A stretch of DNA of 64,000 nt from Scyliorhinus canicula. Its lineage: Eukaryota. The notes below the pieces were generated by a model. The model was not told the origin of the DNA. It worked only from the letters and a program-made list of their open reading frames with translations, and did no database searches. Of the stretch, positions 25,749-39,010 are shown piece after piece. The stretch spans positions 65,506,818 through 65,570,817 of the forward strand of contig NC_052152.1 in NCBI RefSeq assembly GCF_902713615.1, written 5' to 3'. The translations under genes and the position numbers were made by a program. The first letter of the stretch is position 1, and the number at the start of each line of letters is the position of its first letter.

Positions 25749-26107
25749 AAGGCTACAAATAGCTGAATCTCATGTTGTTTTTTCCTTTCTTTTGCAATGG
25801 GAACATCACTTGTGATACTGCCCTGGCTATAAGTCAACAGACTGAAGCAGTGCACTTCGGCTTAACAGAAGGTTTAGAAAAATGAGACATGTAACTTTTC
25901 CTATTTTTGTGAGGGCCAAGAAGAGTCCAGCACAAGTTTGTTGAGTCAAATAGAAAGTAACTTTTATTTACAGCAATATATTGACATAGCACCAGCAGTT
26001 TACTGCTGGCTCTCTCTTTCCAGCTGATATTATACTGGCTGGCTCTATTTATACAGCTGAAAGGTTAACGTTTGCTCCGCCTCCCTATCAGGGAAGTTAA
26101 TATTAAT

Positions 26108-26400
26108 TGAATCATAGAACCCTTACAGTGCAAAAAAGGAGGCCATTCTGTCCATCGAATCTGCACCGGCCCTTGGAAAGAACACCCTACTTAAGCCCAC
26201 GCCTCCACCCTATCCCCATAACCCTACCTAACCTTTTGGATACTAAGGGGCAATTTAGCATGATCAATCCTCCTAACCTGCACATCTTTGGACAGTGGGA
26301 GTGCAAACTCCACACCTGAGGTCACCTGAGGCCGGATTTGAACCCAGGTCCCTGGAGTTGTGAGGCAGCAGTGCTAATCACTCTGCTACCATGCTGCCCT
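26108..26400 (-). mobile_element. HE1-like V-SINE with internal deletion
   Basis: Head, partial core and HE1 tail; the GGGTTTCCTCCGGGTGCTCC block is missing. Confidence 0.88.
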
Positions 26401-26854
26401 GATTTCCCAAGATAACCTTTCCCCTTGCATGAGGCGTGGTGACCCTCAGGTTCAATCACCACCAGTCAGCTCCTTGTCAAAGTGTGAGCAGCTTATGGTC
26501 TTCTATGGTGACTTTCAGTTACATGCTCAAAAACTCCAAGGGAGTAAATTTCCAATTGTCCTTAGCCAATAGGATCCTGGCAGGTTACAGCACTAATCTC
26601 TCCAAATACCCCTCAAACGCCTATATTTTGAAATTCTTACTTTCTAATACAGTGTGAATACTGCAAACACATCTCATACCAAGATCTTCACTGACACATG
26701 ATGGACAAGTACATTTTGCCTCAGCAGGCTTTGAACTCAGATCAATACAATTTCCTGGAAATAATTCTGGCAGCCAAGCAGCAATATCTGAAAGGTACTG
26801 TCAATGCCAGTGAAAACTGGACTCAATTTATTTGCCAATGCATTATTTCAGGGG

Positions 26855-29800
26855 TGTAGTAATCCACAGGAAGCAGGAGTTCCGTCACCACACCAATATT
26901 TATTTACAATAACGATATTACAGGAGCAGCTACAAACAGTGCTGCTAGCAGTCCAGTCAACTTAAGACTGGCTCACAAAGCCTACACAGCTGATTACATG
27001 GACCCCCTCAATGAGCTATCATTGAGGGAGTTCATACTCCAATTGGCCAACCAATAAAGCCAATTGGAGTTCATTACACCCCTCCCCCCCCCAAGGTCCG
27101 AGGAATTCCTGCCAGCTGGCATTCCTCTGAGCTTCTTCCTGCTCCTCATGTCTGGGTCTGTCACCTCTGTGTCGTCTGCCGAGTCGTTCTCCGAAGTGGG
27201 CGGGGTGTACCTGATAGGTGCTCATCTTTTCCTTGACGGACTCCTTGGAAGTTGTTCGTCCTCCTCCTTGGGGAGAGGTGTCGCGGCGGCCTCGTCGAGT
27301 CTGTCCATCTCCGACTCTGATGACTGGATGACGGGGTCTGGAGAAATTGCTCGGGGCTGGGGTGTGGGTATCCTTTCCGTCTGGGCTATCCCAGCTTGAG
27401 GCGGCTCTGCTTCGCCTGCCTCCAGGTGTGGTTCCGCTGCCCTTATTTGGTCCAGGCGTTTCTTCAGCACCTTACCTCCTATTGAAACCTCATAGGATAT
27501 GGGCCCTGTTTGGGACTCTACCGTGCCTTTGACCCACGTTGGTCCATTCCCATAATTCTTGACCCAAACTGGTGCCCCCACCTGGAAATGTCTCTGCTGC
27601 CGACTATTATCATGCCCCCTGCGTTGGGCCTTCTGTTGTTTCTCCACTTTCCCCGTTAAATTTGGGAAAAGGAGACTCAGCCTCGTTCGCAGCCGCCTTC
27701 CCATTAAGAGTTCAGCTGGCGGTATGCCCGTTGTGGAATGCGGTGTGGTCCTGTAATCAAACAGCCAGCGGGAGAGTTTAATAACTCTGGACCGCTCGCT
27801 CTGCCAGGCCGTTGGTCGCTGGATGGTAAGGGGCCATTTTGATGTGACGGACTCCATTTTCCTTCAGGAATTTTTCAAATTCCCCACTTGTGAATGCTGT
27901 TCCGTTGTCCGACACCAATACCTCCGGTAGTCCACGTGTTGCAAACGAGGCCCTGAGCTTTTCAATTGTCGATGCTGTGCTTGCCGTGTTTACCCGCTGG
28001 ACGTCCAACCATTTGGAGTGGGCGTCCATTATCACCAAAAACATTGAGCCCATGAAAGCGCCGGTGTGGTCAATATGCAGGCGAGTCCACGGTCTGCCTG
28101 GCCATTCCCACGGGTGCAATGGCGCCGCTGGTGGCACTCTTTGCCCCTGTTGGCACTCCTGGCACCGACGTACCAAGGCTGCTATGTCTGTGTCCAAAAC
28201 TGGCCACCAAACGTAGCTTCGAGCTAGCATCTTCATTTTAGATACCCCTGGGTGTCCGTGATGTAACTCAGTTAAGATTGGCTGACAGCCCTGAGCTGGG
28301 ACGATTACCCGGGCTCCCCATAATAGGATACCGTCTTCTACGGTTATTTGGTCCCTACTGCTCCAGTATGGGTGCATCTGGGGCTCCACTGGTCTTTCCA
28401 GTTCCCCTGTTAGCAGTAAATGCTTCATCTTGGCTAAAACTGGGTCTTTTTGCGTCCACAACGGAATGTGTTGTGCGTCTACTGGTAGGGTGTCCAAAAA
28501 ATTTAGAGTCATTACTGTCTCCTCTACCTTTGGTATTTGCGGCGGAGTGTCCGGGAGGGGAAGTCTGCTCAAAGCATCTGCATGTACTACTTGCGTTCCC
28601 GGTCTGTGCTCCAGAATGTATCTATATGCCGCCAGTAGCAACGCCCAGTGTTGAATTCTAGCTGATGCAATCGGGGGTATTGACTTGTCTTCTTTTAATA
28701 ACCCTAATAACGGCTTATGGTCCGTCACTATGGTGAATTTCCGCCCGTACAGATATTGGTGATATTTGTTTACTGTGAATATCACCGCCAGTCCTTCCTT
28801 CTCGATTTGGGCGTGCTTCCTCTCAGCCATCGCCAAGGTCCTCGAAGCATAGGCTATTGGCCGTTCTTCCCCATTCCTTCCTCTATGGGCTAAGACGGCT
28901 CCTATCCCGTAGGGGGATGCATCACAAGTGACCACCAACTCCTTCCTTGGGTCATAATGCTCTAGGGCATTTTCGGATGACAGCTGTTCCTTAATGTCCC
29001 TCAATGCTCGGTTTTGGCGGGTGGACCATTTCCATTCTTGCCCCTTTTTTAGTAGCTGGTGGAGGGGTTCTAGGATGGACGCCCTATTTTCAATAAATTT
29101 TCCATAATAGGTTACCAACCCTAGAAATGATTGTAACTCCTGGACCGTGGTGGGAGCTGGGGCTTCTAATGGATGTAAGCCTGACTCGTCTACTTTATAT
29201 CCCAGGTACGTCACTTGTGGGGCCAGAAAAACACATCTTTCCCTTTTTAGCCATACGCCTGCTTTTGCGAAATGCCTGAGCACTTCCTCCAGGTTCCGTA
29301 AGTGTTCCCTGTTTGTCCTACCCGTGATTAAGACATCGTCCAAATAAATCGCCACCTGCGGTAGGCCCTGCAGAATATTTTCCATCGTACGCTGGAATAT
29401 AGTGCAGGCTGATGACACTCCAAAAGGTAGCCTAGTATAACGAAAAAGGCCCTTCAGGGTGTTGATCGTAGCGAACTTCTGGGAGCCCTTGTCCAGTTTT
29501 AACTGCAGGTAGGCGTGGCTCATGTCTAGTTTCGTGAACAAAAGCCCACCTGCCAATTTGGCATATAGGTCATCTATTTTCGGGATTGGGTATTTGTCCA
29601 GTAGTGCGTATTTGTTACTGTCTGTTTGAAATCTCCTCGGATACATATCGAGCCGTCTGGCTTCAAAATTGGTACCACCGGCACTGCCCATTCCGAGAAT
29701 TGTACTGGTCTGATAATGCCGTCGCGCCGTAACCTTTCTATTTCATCATCTACTTTCTTCCTTAATGCAAAAGGTACCGGCCTGGCCTTACAAAATTTCG

Positions 29801-31408
29801 GAAGGGCTTCTGGGTCCACGTGCAAAGCTGCTTTGGCGCCTATGATTTCCCCCAAACCTTCCTGGAAGACCTCCGGGTATTTTTGGAGTACTCCACTCAA
29901 CTGCCCGCTTCCACTCTGGAAAATTTTCATCCAATCTAATTTTAGGTCTTTCAGCCAGTTCCGTCCAATTAAGCTCGGTCCGGAGACCTCTACTATCGTC
30001 AACAGTAATCTGAGCAATTGTTTCTCATATTCCACAGGTACATGAGTCGTGCCTAGAACTTCCAGGGGTTCCCCCGTGTAGGTTTTAAGTTTTGTCGATG
30101 TTTTAGTTAGGGTTAGTGGCTGGAGTCCATCTTTGATTTTTCTAAATGCTGCCACTCCCATTACTGATACGGCCACACCCGTGTCTATTTCCATTATTGT
30201 CGGCCACCCGTTCACCCGTGGGGTAATCCTAATGGGTTCTGCTTTCTTCATTGTAATATCATATAATTGTTCCCCTTCGGAGGAGGATGGGGCATCTAGG
30301 TTGTGTACTTCCCTGCGTCCCCACCTGCTATTCCTCTTTTGCCACCTCCTTCTAGGGTTTCTGTCGTTGTTACACCACTCTGTCTGGTGCCAGAAGCGCT
30401 CCTTCTCTGTTGGGGGAGCCTCAGCCGGTACTTCCCTCTGTCTCCAGTTAGTCCTGGCAGACTTGGGGGCAGTTCTGGGGTTTTCCTTTTTCCCTCTATT
30501 CCTCAGGTTTTTCCTGAGAGCGGCTATCTGGTAGCAGGACCCGTTGTGGTAGTCCCTCTCACAAGTATCTACCTCCATTGGCGTGCCCTGTAGTTCCTGC
30601 GCCCCACTTGCTGCCTTTTCTAGGGACAGTGCGAGCTGTAACGCCTGCCTGCAGTCTAGCTCCATTTCCGCCAACAGGCGTTTCTGTATTGTGAGGTCAT
30701 TTATACCACACACTAACCGGTCCCGAAGCATTTCATTTAGCGTCGGGCCGAACTCACACTTTTCCACCAGCCTTCTCAGGCGGGTCAAGAAATTCGTGAC
30801 TGACTCCCTGTCTTCCCGCTTCGCTGTGTAGAATCTGTACCTACGCAAAATGAGGGGTGGTTTTGGGTCGTAGTACTCTTTCACCAATTCCGTTACTTCT
30901 TGGAAAGTTTTCGTGTCCGGCGCATCGGGATACGTCAGACTACGTATAATGGCGAAAGCAGAGGGTCCGCACGCCGACAGCAGGATAAGCCGTCTACTTT
31001 TGTCCGTCAGTATATCATTTGCCCGGAAGAAGTAACACGTTCTCTCCACATACTGGGACCAGTCCTCAATAGCCTGGTCGAATGCCTCTAACCTCCCAAA
31101 AAACGGCATTTTTTAAATGGCAAGGCTTACCCTCCGAGTGCGGCAGCTGGTCTCCGCAAAATTCGTAGTTTACCTCGTCGCCACTGTAGTAATCCACGGG
31201 AGGCAGAAGTTCCGTCACCACACCAATATTTATTTACAATAACGATATTACAGGAGCAGCTACAAACAGTGCTGCTAGCAGTCCAGTCAACTTAAGACTG
31301 GCTCACAAAGCCTACACAGCTGATTACATGGACCTCCTCAATGAGCTATCATTGAGGGAGCTTATACTCCAATTGGCCAACCAATAAAGCCAATTGGAGT
31401 TCATTACA
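26855..31408 (-). mobile_element. Ty3/Gypsy provirus 'D' (Mag-like gag-pol), frameshifted
   Basis: 224-bp TG...CA LTRs at 26855-27078 and 31185-31408 (6 mismatches by eye). TSD AGGGG/AGTGG (4 of 5). PPT at about 27079-27095. gag MPFFGRLEAFDQAIEDWSQY, protease MEIDTGVAVS, RT YLDD, RNase H CDASPYG, integrase HHGH...C..C, DAHSKW, SDNG, GLAER. Confidence 0.95.
31173..31183 (-). promoter_or_regulatory. Primer-binding site of provirus D, complementary to the 3' end of tRNA-Ser(GCU)
   Basis: TGGCGACGAGG, 1 nt after the 5' LTR. The match to the vertebrate tRNA-Ser(GCU) 3' end ...CCTCGTCG-CCA is from memory. Confidence 0.75.
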
Positions 31409-32639
31409 AGTGGTCAACAGAAAATGTCATTTGATCACTATAATGTTCAACAGTACATTACTGCTGCCATATGTTGACATTCAAGAAATTTAACAGGAGC
31501 ATGAAGGCCTAATTTTGCCAATAATGTGGCATTTGCTGAGTACAAGGTGCTACTACTTTTATTCGTGTGCTACTTTGCTAATGCCCAGAACATTTATCTA
31601 TACACATAGAACAGGTCACAACACTACCCTTGGAACACATTACCAACTACATTTTTGTCATTTGAAGAGACAGATATTTACTTCTATTCACCACTTTGTT
31701 TTATGCCAAATCTCTATTCATGCCACCAATTTATCTTTAATACCAAAGGTCTTAATGTTTGTGACACTTCTCCAAATTGGCCTGCTTTGAGTGTAATGAA
31801 AGTAAAATTGATTGCCAGAGTAAACACATCTGATTATCATTAGTGCAAACCATGAACGTTGTCATATCCATAAAATCTGGTTGTCAAGAAAATCTGTCAG
31901 GAAAGCCAAAGAAATTGTACCGGCTAGGATTTACCACTCCCGTTCTCCTCAGCGGGTTTGGTGACGGGAGCGGAAAATCTAGCGAGATGCCCAATTCGCG
32001 TTTTATGCCGGCGGAGGTTTCATCGCTATTGTACCCACTCCCCACCAGTGATGCAATGGAAATCCTGATGTTCAATGCCAAGTACCCCATCATATACATT
32101 TGATTATCATTATCAGGCCCCTGTGCCTGATCATACCCCCCTCCCCAACCCTCCATTAGATATTCCCATTCACATCAGCGTGAGGACAAATTAGCGTGAA
32201 TTACAACTGGTCTCTCATGGCAAGCACAGATCCAGCAGTACCAAGGGCAGTGCCAGAGGACAGTGCCAGAGGGCAGTGCCTAGGTAGCTCCAGATTGCCA
32301 GAGAGGCATTGCGACGTGCGGGGGTGGTGGCCAGTCTCAGGGAGTGGGGGGGGGAGGGGGGGGGGATTCCATTTTAACTTTTGTGTTGAGCTGGTCTTTA
32401 AAAATGGCATCTCTAAAAAACTACGTTGTTGGCAGATTGGGCTGAATCGGCGTCTGCCCTGCCAGCGGTTTCAATGCCACTTTTCCTCCCTGCTACCACA
32501 CTCTGCATGACAAAGGGAAATTTCCACCCAACATTTTTCTGTTGGTAATATTCCAGTCATATTTTTTTTTAACTGAATGCGAGTGGGAATTAAAGCAAGC
32601 AACAGAGTGATTGTGTGAATGTAAACTGAGTGTGATATG

Positions 32640-33360
32640 TTAACTATGGCCATCTAAAATGGCTGTCTGCAAAGGATAATGGGACTTGTGGTCAAGTTGG
32701 GACAGTACACAGCCCCTGTGTATTGTGCAAAGGAAAACCAGACCGAACTGAAACATGCACCTGTTAAAGGTCAATCACCGATTTCCCCAGGACAATAGAC
32801 TCAAATCAAGGTATAGCAACATAGCAGACTCACTAACGCCGCTTCCCCTTATTTGGAAAGGCATACGTACTTGGGACAATGGTAACTAGGACCCGCCCAG
32901 TCATCGAGGTACCCGCCCCCAATTGGCCTGAATCGATTTGGGTGATCGCAACCCTATCATCTATTGGATCCTGAGTTAGTACCGCCCAAAAGGGCGCAAA
33001 AAAGGAGGATAAGAGGCACTGTGCCACTAGGGATCGGTCTCTTTTGGGACCGGTCTGTGCCCACACCAACTGCAGCATAACGACCAGACAAGTTCAAGAC
33101 ACGTGATCGCCACCTGAGAGAGACGAGCCGCAGCCAAGACGAACCTGCCGATTTCCAGCCGATACACGTGGGGACTCAGGTAAAGGCCGTGTCTACCTGC
33201 ACAGAGCCGGTCATCCAGTAAAGGTCATCTTAGTTGATAGGTGTAGTTTAATTCGTAACCACATGTATCATTGCTCATCGAGATAAGTCTTGTGTTTAAT
33301 AATAAACTGTCTTTTGAACTAACATACTGGTTGTGTGATCATTTGGTCAATACAAGAAAC
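32640..33360 (+). mobile_element. Probable solo LTR of an unrelated family
   Basis: LTR-like layout (CCAAT/GC boxes, GATAAG, AATAATAAA near 33299, ends ...AAGAAACA). No TSD identified and the 5' boundary is uncertain. Confidence 0.4.
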
Positions 33361-33361
33361 A

Positions 33362-33580
33362 TGGAATTCATTACCACAGGAAGTAGTTGATGCTAAAACT
33401 TTGGATATATTCAAGAGGCGGCTGGATATAGCACTTGGGGAGAATGGTATCAAAGGCTATGGGGAGAAGCAGGATTAAGCTATTGAGTTGGATGATCAGC
33501 CATGATTGTGATGAATGGCGGACCAGGCTCAAAGGGCCAAAAGGCCTCTTCCTGCTCCTATCTTCTATGCATCTATGTAA
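33362..33580 (+). mobile_element. CR1 LINE 3' end
   Basis: WNSLPQEVVDAKTLDIFKRRLDIALGENGIKGYGEK, then CAAAGGGCCAAAAGGCCTCTTCCTGCTCCTATCTTCTATG. Confidence 0.85.
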
Positions 33581-33837
33581 CATACTCGCAGCCTGTGGTT
33601 ATTAATAAAGATAGCAACATAATGAGCATAGCAAGACTTCAGACAGATGATTACATAAGGTAATAGAGTAAAAACGGTTATAGGACAGGAATAGATTTGA
33701 ATGCTGTTGCGGTTGAAAGGATAGGATATGCAAGGGGATGAAAGAAACGTGTCAAAGGTAAAGTTTGGATAAAGGGAATTTACTTTTCTTTTAAATTCTG
33801 AAAGCTAAAGTAAAGAGATTAAATTCATCAATTCTGG

Positions 33838-36000
33838 GAGAGCATAAGACCATAAGACATAGAAGCAGAATTAGGCCACTCGGTCCATCGAGTCTGCTCC
33901 GCCATTCAATCACGGCTGATATTTTCTCATCCCCATTCTCCTGCCTTCTCCCCATAACTCCTGATCCCCTTATCAATCAAGAACCTATCTATCTCTGTCT
34001 TAAAGACACTCAGTGATTTTGCTTCCACAGCCTTATACGGCAAAGAGTTCCACAGATTCACCAGCCTCGGGCTCAAGAAATTCCTCCTCATCTCTGTTTT
34101 AAAGTGTCGTCTTAGATTCTGAGAATGTGTCCTCTGGTTCTAGTTTTTTCTACAAGTGGAAACATCCTCTCCACGTCCACTTTATCCAGATCTCGCAGTA
34201 TCCTGTAAGTTTCAAAAGATCCCCCTTCATCCTTCTAAACTCCAATGAGGACAGACCCAGAGTCCTCAACCATTCCTCATATGACAAGCAGTTCATTCCA
34301 GAGATCATTCTTGTGAACCTCCTTTGGGCCCTTTCCAAGGCCAGCACATCTTTCCTTAGATACGGGGCCCAAAACTGCTCACCATACTCCAAATGGGGCT
34401 TGACTAGAGCCTTAGACAGCCTCAAAAGTACATCCCTGGTCTTGAATTCTAGCCCTCTCGACATTAATGCTAACATTGCATTTGCTTTCCTAACTGCTGA
34501 CTGAACCTGCGCATTAACCTTAAGAGAATCGTGAACAAGGACTGCCAAGTCCCTTTGTGCATTTCCAAAGCATTTCCCCATTTAGAAAATAGTCTATGCC
34601 TAAATTCCTACTTCCAAAGTGCATAACCTCACACTTTTCCACATTGTATTTCATCTGTCACTTCATTGGCCACTCTCCCAGCATGTTCAAATTCTTCTGC
34701 AACCCACTTGCTTCCTCAATACATCTGTATCTCTACAGATCTTTATATCATCTGTAAACTTAGCAACAGTGCCTTCAGTTCCTTCTTTCAGATCATTGAT
34801 GCATATTGTGCAAAGTTGTGGTCTCAGCACAGACCCCTGAGGCTGCTAGCCTGAAAAAGACCCCTTTTTCCCACTCTCACCCCTCTGCCAGTCAGCTAAT
34901 CCTCTACCCATGCCAGAATCTTACCCTTAACACCATGGGCTCTTAACATTTTTAACAATCTCCTATGCGGCGCCGTGTCAAAGGCCTTCTGGAAATCTAA
35001 ATAAATCACATCCACTGGTCTCCTTTGTCTAACTTCCTTGTTACCACCTCAAATAACTCTAACAGATTTGTCAGACATGACCTCCCTTTGATAAAGCCAT
35101 GCTGACTGAGTCCTATTTTATCATGCACTTCCAAATACTCTGTGATCTCATCTTTAATAGCAGACTCAAAAATCTTCCCAATAACTGAAGTCAGGCTAAC
35201 CGGCCTATCATTTCCCTTCTTCTGCCTCCCTCCCATCTTAAACAGTGGTGTTACATTAGCCACTTTCCAGTCCTCTGGGACTCTTCTTGCCTCCAGTGAT
35301 TCCTGCAAGATCAACACCAATGCCTCCACAATCTCCTCAGCTATCCTTTTTAGAACCCTGGGGTGTAATCCAACCGGTCCAGGTGACTTATCCACCTTCA
35401 GACCTTTCAGTTTCCCTAGTACCTTCTCCTTAGTGATGGCCACTGCACTCACCTCTGCCCCCTGATTCTCCTGGAGCTCTGACATCCCACTGGCGTTTTG
35501 CACCGTGAAGACTTATGCAAAGTAACTATGCATTAGCCATTTCTTTGTTTCCACTATTACTTCTCCAGCCATGTTTTCCAGCAGTCCAATGTCTATTTTT
35601 GCCTCTCTCTTACCTTTTATGTATTGAAAAAAACTCTTCCTCTCTTCTTTTATATTACTAGCTAGCTTGCACTCGTATTTCATCTTCTCTCCGCTTATTG
35701 CTTTTTTAGTTGTCCTCTGCTCACTTTTAATAACTTCCCAATCCTCTGGTTTCCCACTAATCCTCCCCACTTTGTATGCTTTTCCTTTTGCTTTTATGCT
35801 GTCATTGTCTTCCCTCGTCAACCATGGGTGCCCTGTCCTCACCTAAGCATGTTTCCTCCTTCTTGGGAAGAATTTCTGCTGTGTCTCCCGAATAACCCCC
35901 AAAAGCTCCTGCCATTGCTGTTCCAATGTCTTCCGTGCAAGGCTCCTTTTCCAATCAACTCTTGCCAGCTCCTCCATCATGTCTTTGCAGATACCCTTAT
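33838..36000 (-). mobile_element. CR1 LINE, 5'-truncated with internal deletions
   Basis: KSPGPVGLHPRVLK, SQHGFIKGRSCLTNL, KPHLEYGEQFWAPYL; (TCTTATG)n tail at about 33840-33860. Confidence 0.9.
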
Positions 36001-36644
36001 TTAAATTGCCAAGACATTGGGCGAGACAACGGGATATCAAAGAGAATGAATGTACTTAAAGAGATATGGCAACCAAAGACTGTGATTTCCCTAAATTTAA
36101 GACAGATTTAAATTTGATTCAAAGCATCTTAATATTATCAAGCACTGGGGCCCTGATTTTGCAGAAAAAGTAACAAGAGTTTAATGCGCTCATCCCTATT
36201 AATGTGTAAATAACACAGCGATTCATGGCAAGAAAGATTCACATCAAGTTGTGAATTGCCAAAACCTGCAGGATGATTTGCCATTAGCCTTGTGAAAACA
36301 GGATAATCTCCCAGTGAGGTAAAAATTGCTGCATTTATGCTGTAAAAATTCATTAAACTTGCTGCAGATGGTTCGTGCTTATGCATAATTTAATTATGAG
36401 ATTGATGTTCCTGTAACGTCACTGAACCCCTCAGCCCGGAAAGGGAATAACGGAAACTGCACAGTTTCAATCCTGCAGATTCCTTGAGATTTTAAAAGAA
36501 ACTTTAAATGTGGATTTTGCTTCTTGTCTGTCCCTTTTTCACCCTCTTCATCTAATCTTTCTCTGTTTTTCTTCATTTATTTCATTTAGTTTGACCTGTT
36601 TTCACCCTGTTTTCTTTTTTTGTCATTTCTCTGTTCTTTTCTCC

Positions 36645-36976
36645 ATAGAACATAGAACAGTACAGCACAGAACAGGCCCTTCGGCCCTCGATGTTGTGCC
36701 GAGCAATGATCACCCCGCTTAAACCCACGTAACCCACGTAACCCGTATCCCAACAATCCCCCCATTAACCTTACACTACGGGAAATTTTAGCATGGCCAA
36801 TCCACCTAACCCGCACATCTTTGGACTGTGGGAGGAAACCGGAGCACCCGGAGGAAACCCACGCACACACGGGGAGGACGTGCAGACTCCACACAGACAG
36901 TGACCCAGCCGGGAATCGAACCTGGGACCCTGGAGCTGTGAAGCATTGATGCTAACCACCATGCTACCGTGAGGCC
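36645..36976 (-). mobile_element. HE1-like V-SINE
   Basis: Full head (GGGCCTCACGGTAGCATGGTGGTTAGC; GGTTCGATTCC), core, tail ...GTGCTGTACTGTTCTATGTTCTAT. Confidence 0.92.
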
Positions 36977-37197
36977 CCATCTTTACATCTCATTGGTTAA
37001 GGAGATACACGGTTGGTTCCGTCATTTACCAAGGTTACCAGATGCCCTATTACAAGTGGCAGCTCACACTTACACCATTTTTTGGCACAAACAATGTTCA
37101 AGCTGAAAGAGGAGGGAACATATCATTCCGGGCAATCCTCAAATGCCGCGATCCAGAAAATTCTTCACCATTGAGTGAAGCAATTAAGTTTCCTTAC

Positions 37198-37309
37198 CTT
37201 TGTTTATGTGTCCTCTTTTTGAAGTAGTAGAAGCTGAGTATAGATATAACTATCAGAATTGTGACCAGTACTGAAATAATCCAGATGTGGAGCTGCGATT
37301 TTTTCTGTG
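37198..37309 (-). CDS. Transmembrane exon of the CD200-like gene
   Basis: Acceptor ttcccttttgtgtttttgcAG| and donor AG|GTAAGG. 112 nt, phase 1 to phase 2, in frame with the V exon: (A)QKKSQLHIWIISVLVTILIVISILSFYYFKKRTHKQ, a ~22-aa hydrophobic run followed by a KKR stop-transfer. Too short for the ORF track. Confidence 0.85.
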
Positions 37310-38171
37310 CTGCAAAAACACAAAAGGGAAGTATTGATGAAAATCGGGATGGGCAGAATTTTATGGTTCTGCAATGGTGGGTTTACAAACAGGGGGTGGG
37401 GATGGCAATAAAATTCTCCGGGTGCCCTCCCACCTGCGAAAACCTGTCTGTAATTTCACAAGGGGCCGAGTAAGGCCTAGAGGCCAATTATTGGGTATCT
37501 GAGGGCCATTGCAGGTAAGCTCATATCTTGAGGCTGGTGAGAGCAGTTCAAGGACTGGGAAGAAACCTGGCAGATCACCTTGCTTGGGCCTCAGATGGAA
37601 AGAGGAGAAGCCCCTTCCATCCAAGGTTTCGCCCCCACCCCCTTCACCAACCCTTTGATACTCACTCCCTGACTGACCTTGCCACTATCCCCGGGGCCCC
37701 CTCCTATCTCCGCCATGATAGCTTGCACCAACCTGGTCCTGTGGGCTCTGACACTGGGGACTGCTTGTAATCCAACCAATGGTTGTTGCTCCCTGTGATG
37801 CTGCTGGCATTACAGTGCTTCTGATCAATCAGATTGATTTCCAGCTCTTTGAGGAGGGAATTCCACTTGAATAAGGGGAAGATGTCCCATCCCCAGCCAA
37901 CTAATTGCTGCGGGGTTGCCCTGGTGCGTTCCCTGCCAACACCCTGGGTGGTGGGGTGAGAAACACTGCTATCAGAAAAATCCTTGTGTTCTCTCTTTTT
38001 GTAGTGTTGATCATTTTGATTTTGGATCAAAAAGTCCCAGTTTTGTGAGTTCATCAGAAATTTTTTTTAAATGTAAATATAATGCCAGAAATCTGTTATT
38101 TAAAAAAAAAAGAAATCAGTTATTTCTGTCCACTTATTTCTGATTAACAATGTTAAGCATTTGAAAGAATT

Positions 38172-38376
38172 TTGTCCAAAGATGTGCAGGTTAGGTGGAT
38201 TGGCCATGATAAATTGCCCTTAGTGTCCAAAATTGCCCTTAGTGTTGGCTGGGGTTACTGGGTTATGGGGATAGGGTGGAGGTGTTGACCTCGGGTAGGG
38301 TGCTCTTTCCAAGAGCCGGTGCAGGCTCGATGGGCCGAATGACCTCCTTCTGCCCTGTAAATTCTATGATTATCTA
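38172..38376 (+). mobile_element. HE1-like SINE 3' half
   Basis: TCCAAAGATGTGCAGGTTAGG...CTCCTTCTGCCCTGTAAATTCTATGA. Confidence 0.88.
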
Positions 38377-38769
38377 TGATAATCAAGTGACAAGGCAAGT
38401 ACCGGAAGTTCAGGAAAAATGTAATTTGTCCCTAATTTAATCTTGTATCCAGTCGATTGTATGATTCCGAAATATATGGGAGTCTGCGTTATGCAAATTT
38501 TAAAATTATGAAGCAAATGTTTCTGCTAGGTCTGGGACTGAATGGTGGACCCAAAAATATGCCAATAGGTATTTCATGTTCCCTTATTTGTACAAAGCAA
38601 ATAGGTTGGGAAAGCAGTGAGTGTGGAGGCCCTGGGGAAGGGAGGAATCAGAGCAAGAGGCAAAACATGCAGATGCAATTCCTTAAAGAGCCATCTGCAC
38701 TTTCCTCTGTAAATAGTTTTTCTACCAATTTATGCTAGGTTTGTTGGAGGATGAAGTGAAAATTTGCAA

Positions 38770-39010
38770 GTGCCTACAGCAGGAAGCCTTTTCTATTAAG
38801 GAGCGTTGGAAGTTATGTTGATAGAGGTGATTCAAAGGAGATCTGACAAGTTTGGTTGTAAATGACCATCTCTTAAAAAGGCATCTGTCAGGGCTGCATG
38901 GAAAAAGGTGGTGGATCAGATCAATGCAATTTCTAATATTAAGATGTCTCCACTGCCTGTTGCTGGTAGCAGGGTCCTCGATGCAACGTAAAATCACAGT
39001 ATTTACAAAC
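38770..39010 (+). pseudogene. Harbinger Myb/SANT-like relic
   Basis: GALEVMLIEVIQRR...RAAWKKVVDQINAISN, with stops. Confidence 0.55.

Noticed and set aside
25004-25762. Dense Pro/Gly/Arg-rich ORFs in GC-rich MITEs (also 18798-19177, 42026-42865)
   Set aside because: Explained by stop-codon scarcity in GC-rich, TIR-bounded non-coding repeats.
26855-31408. Provirus D as an intact, active or domesticated element
   Set aside because: Frameshift at the gag/RT junction (~29640), short deletions in the RT end and integrase, and 6 LTR mismatches.
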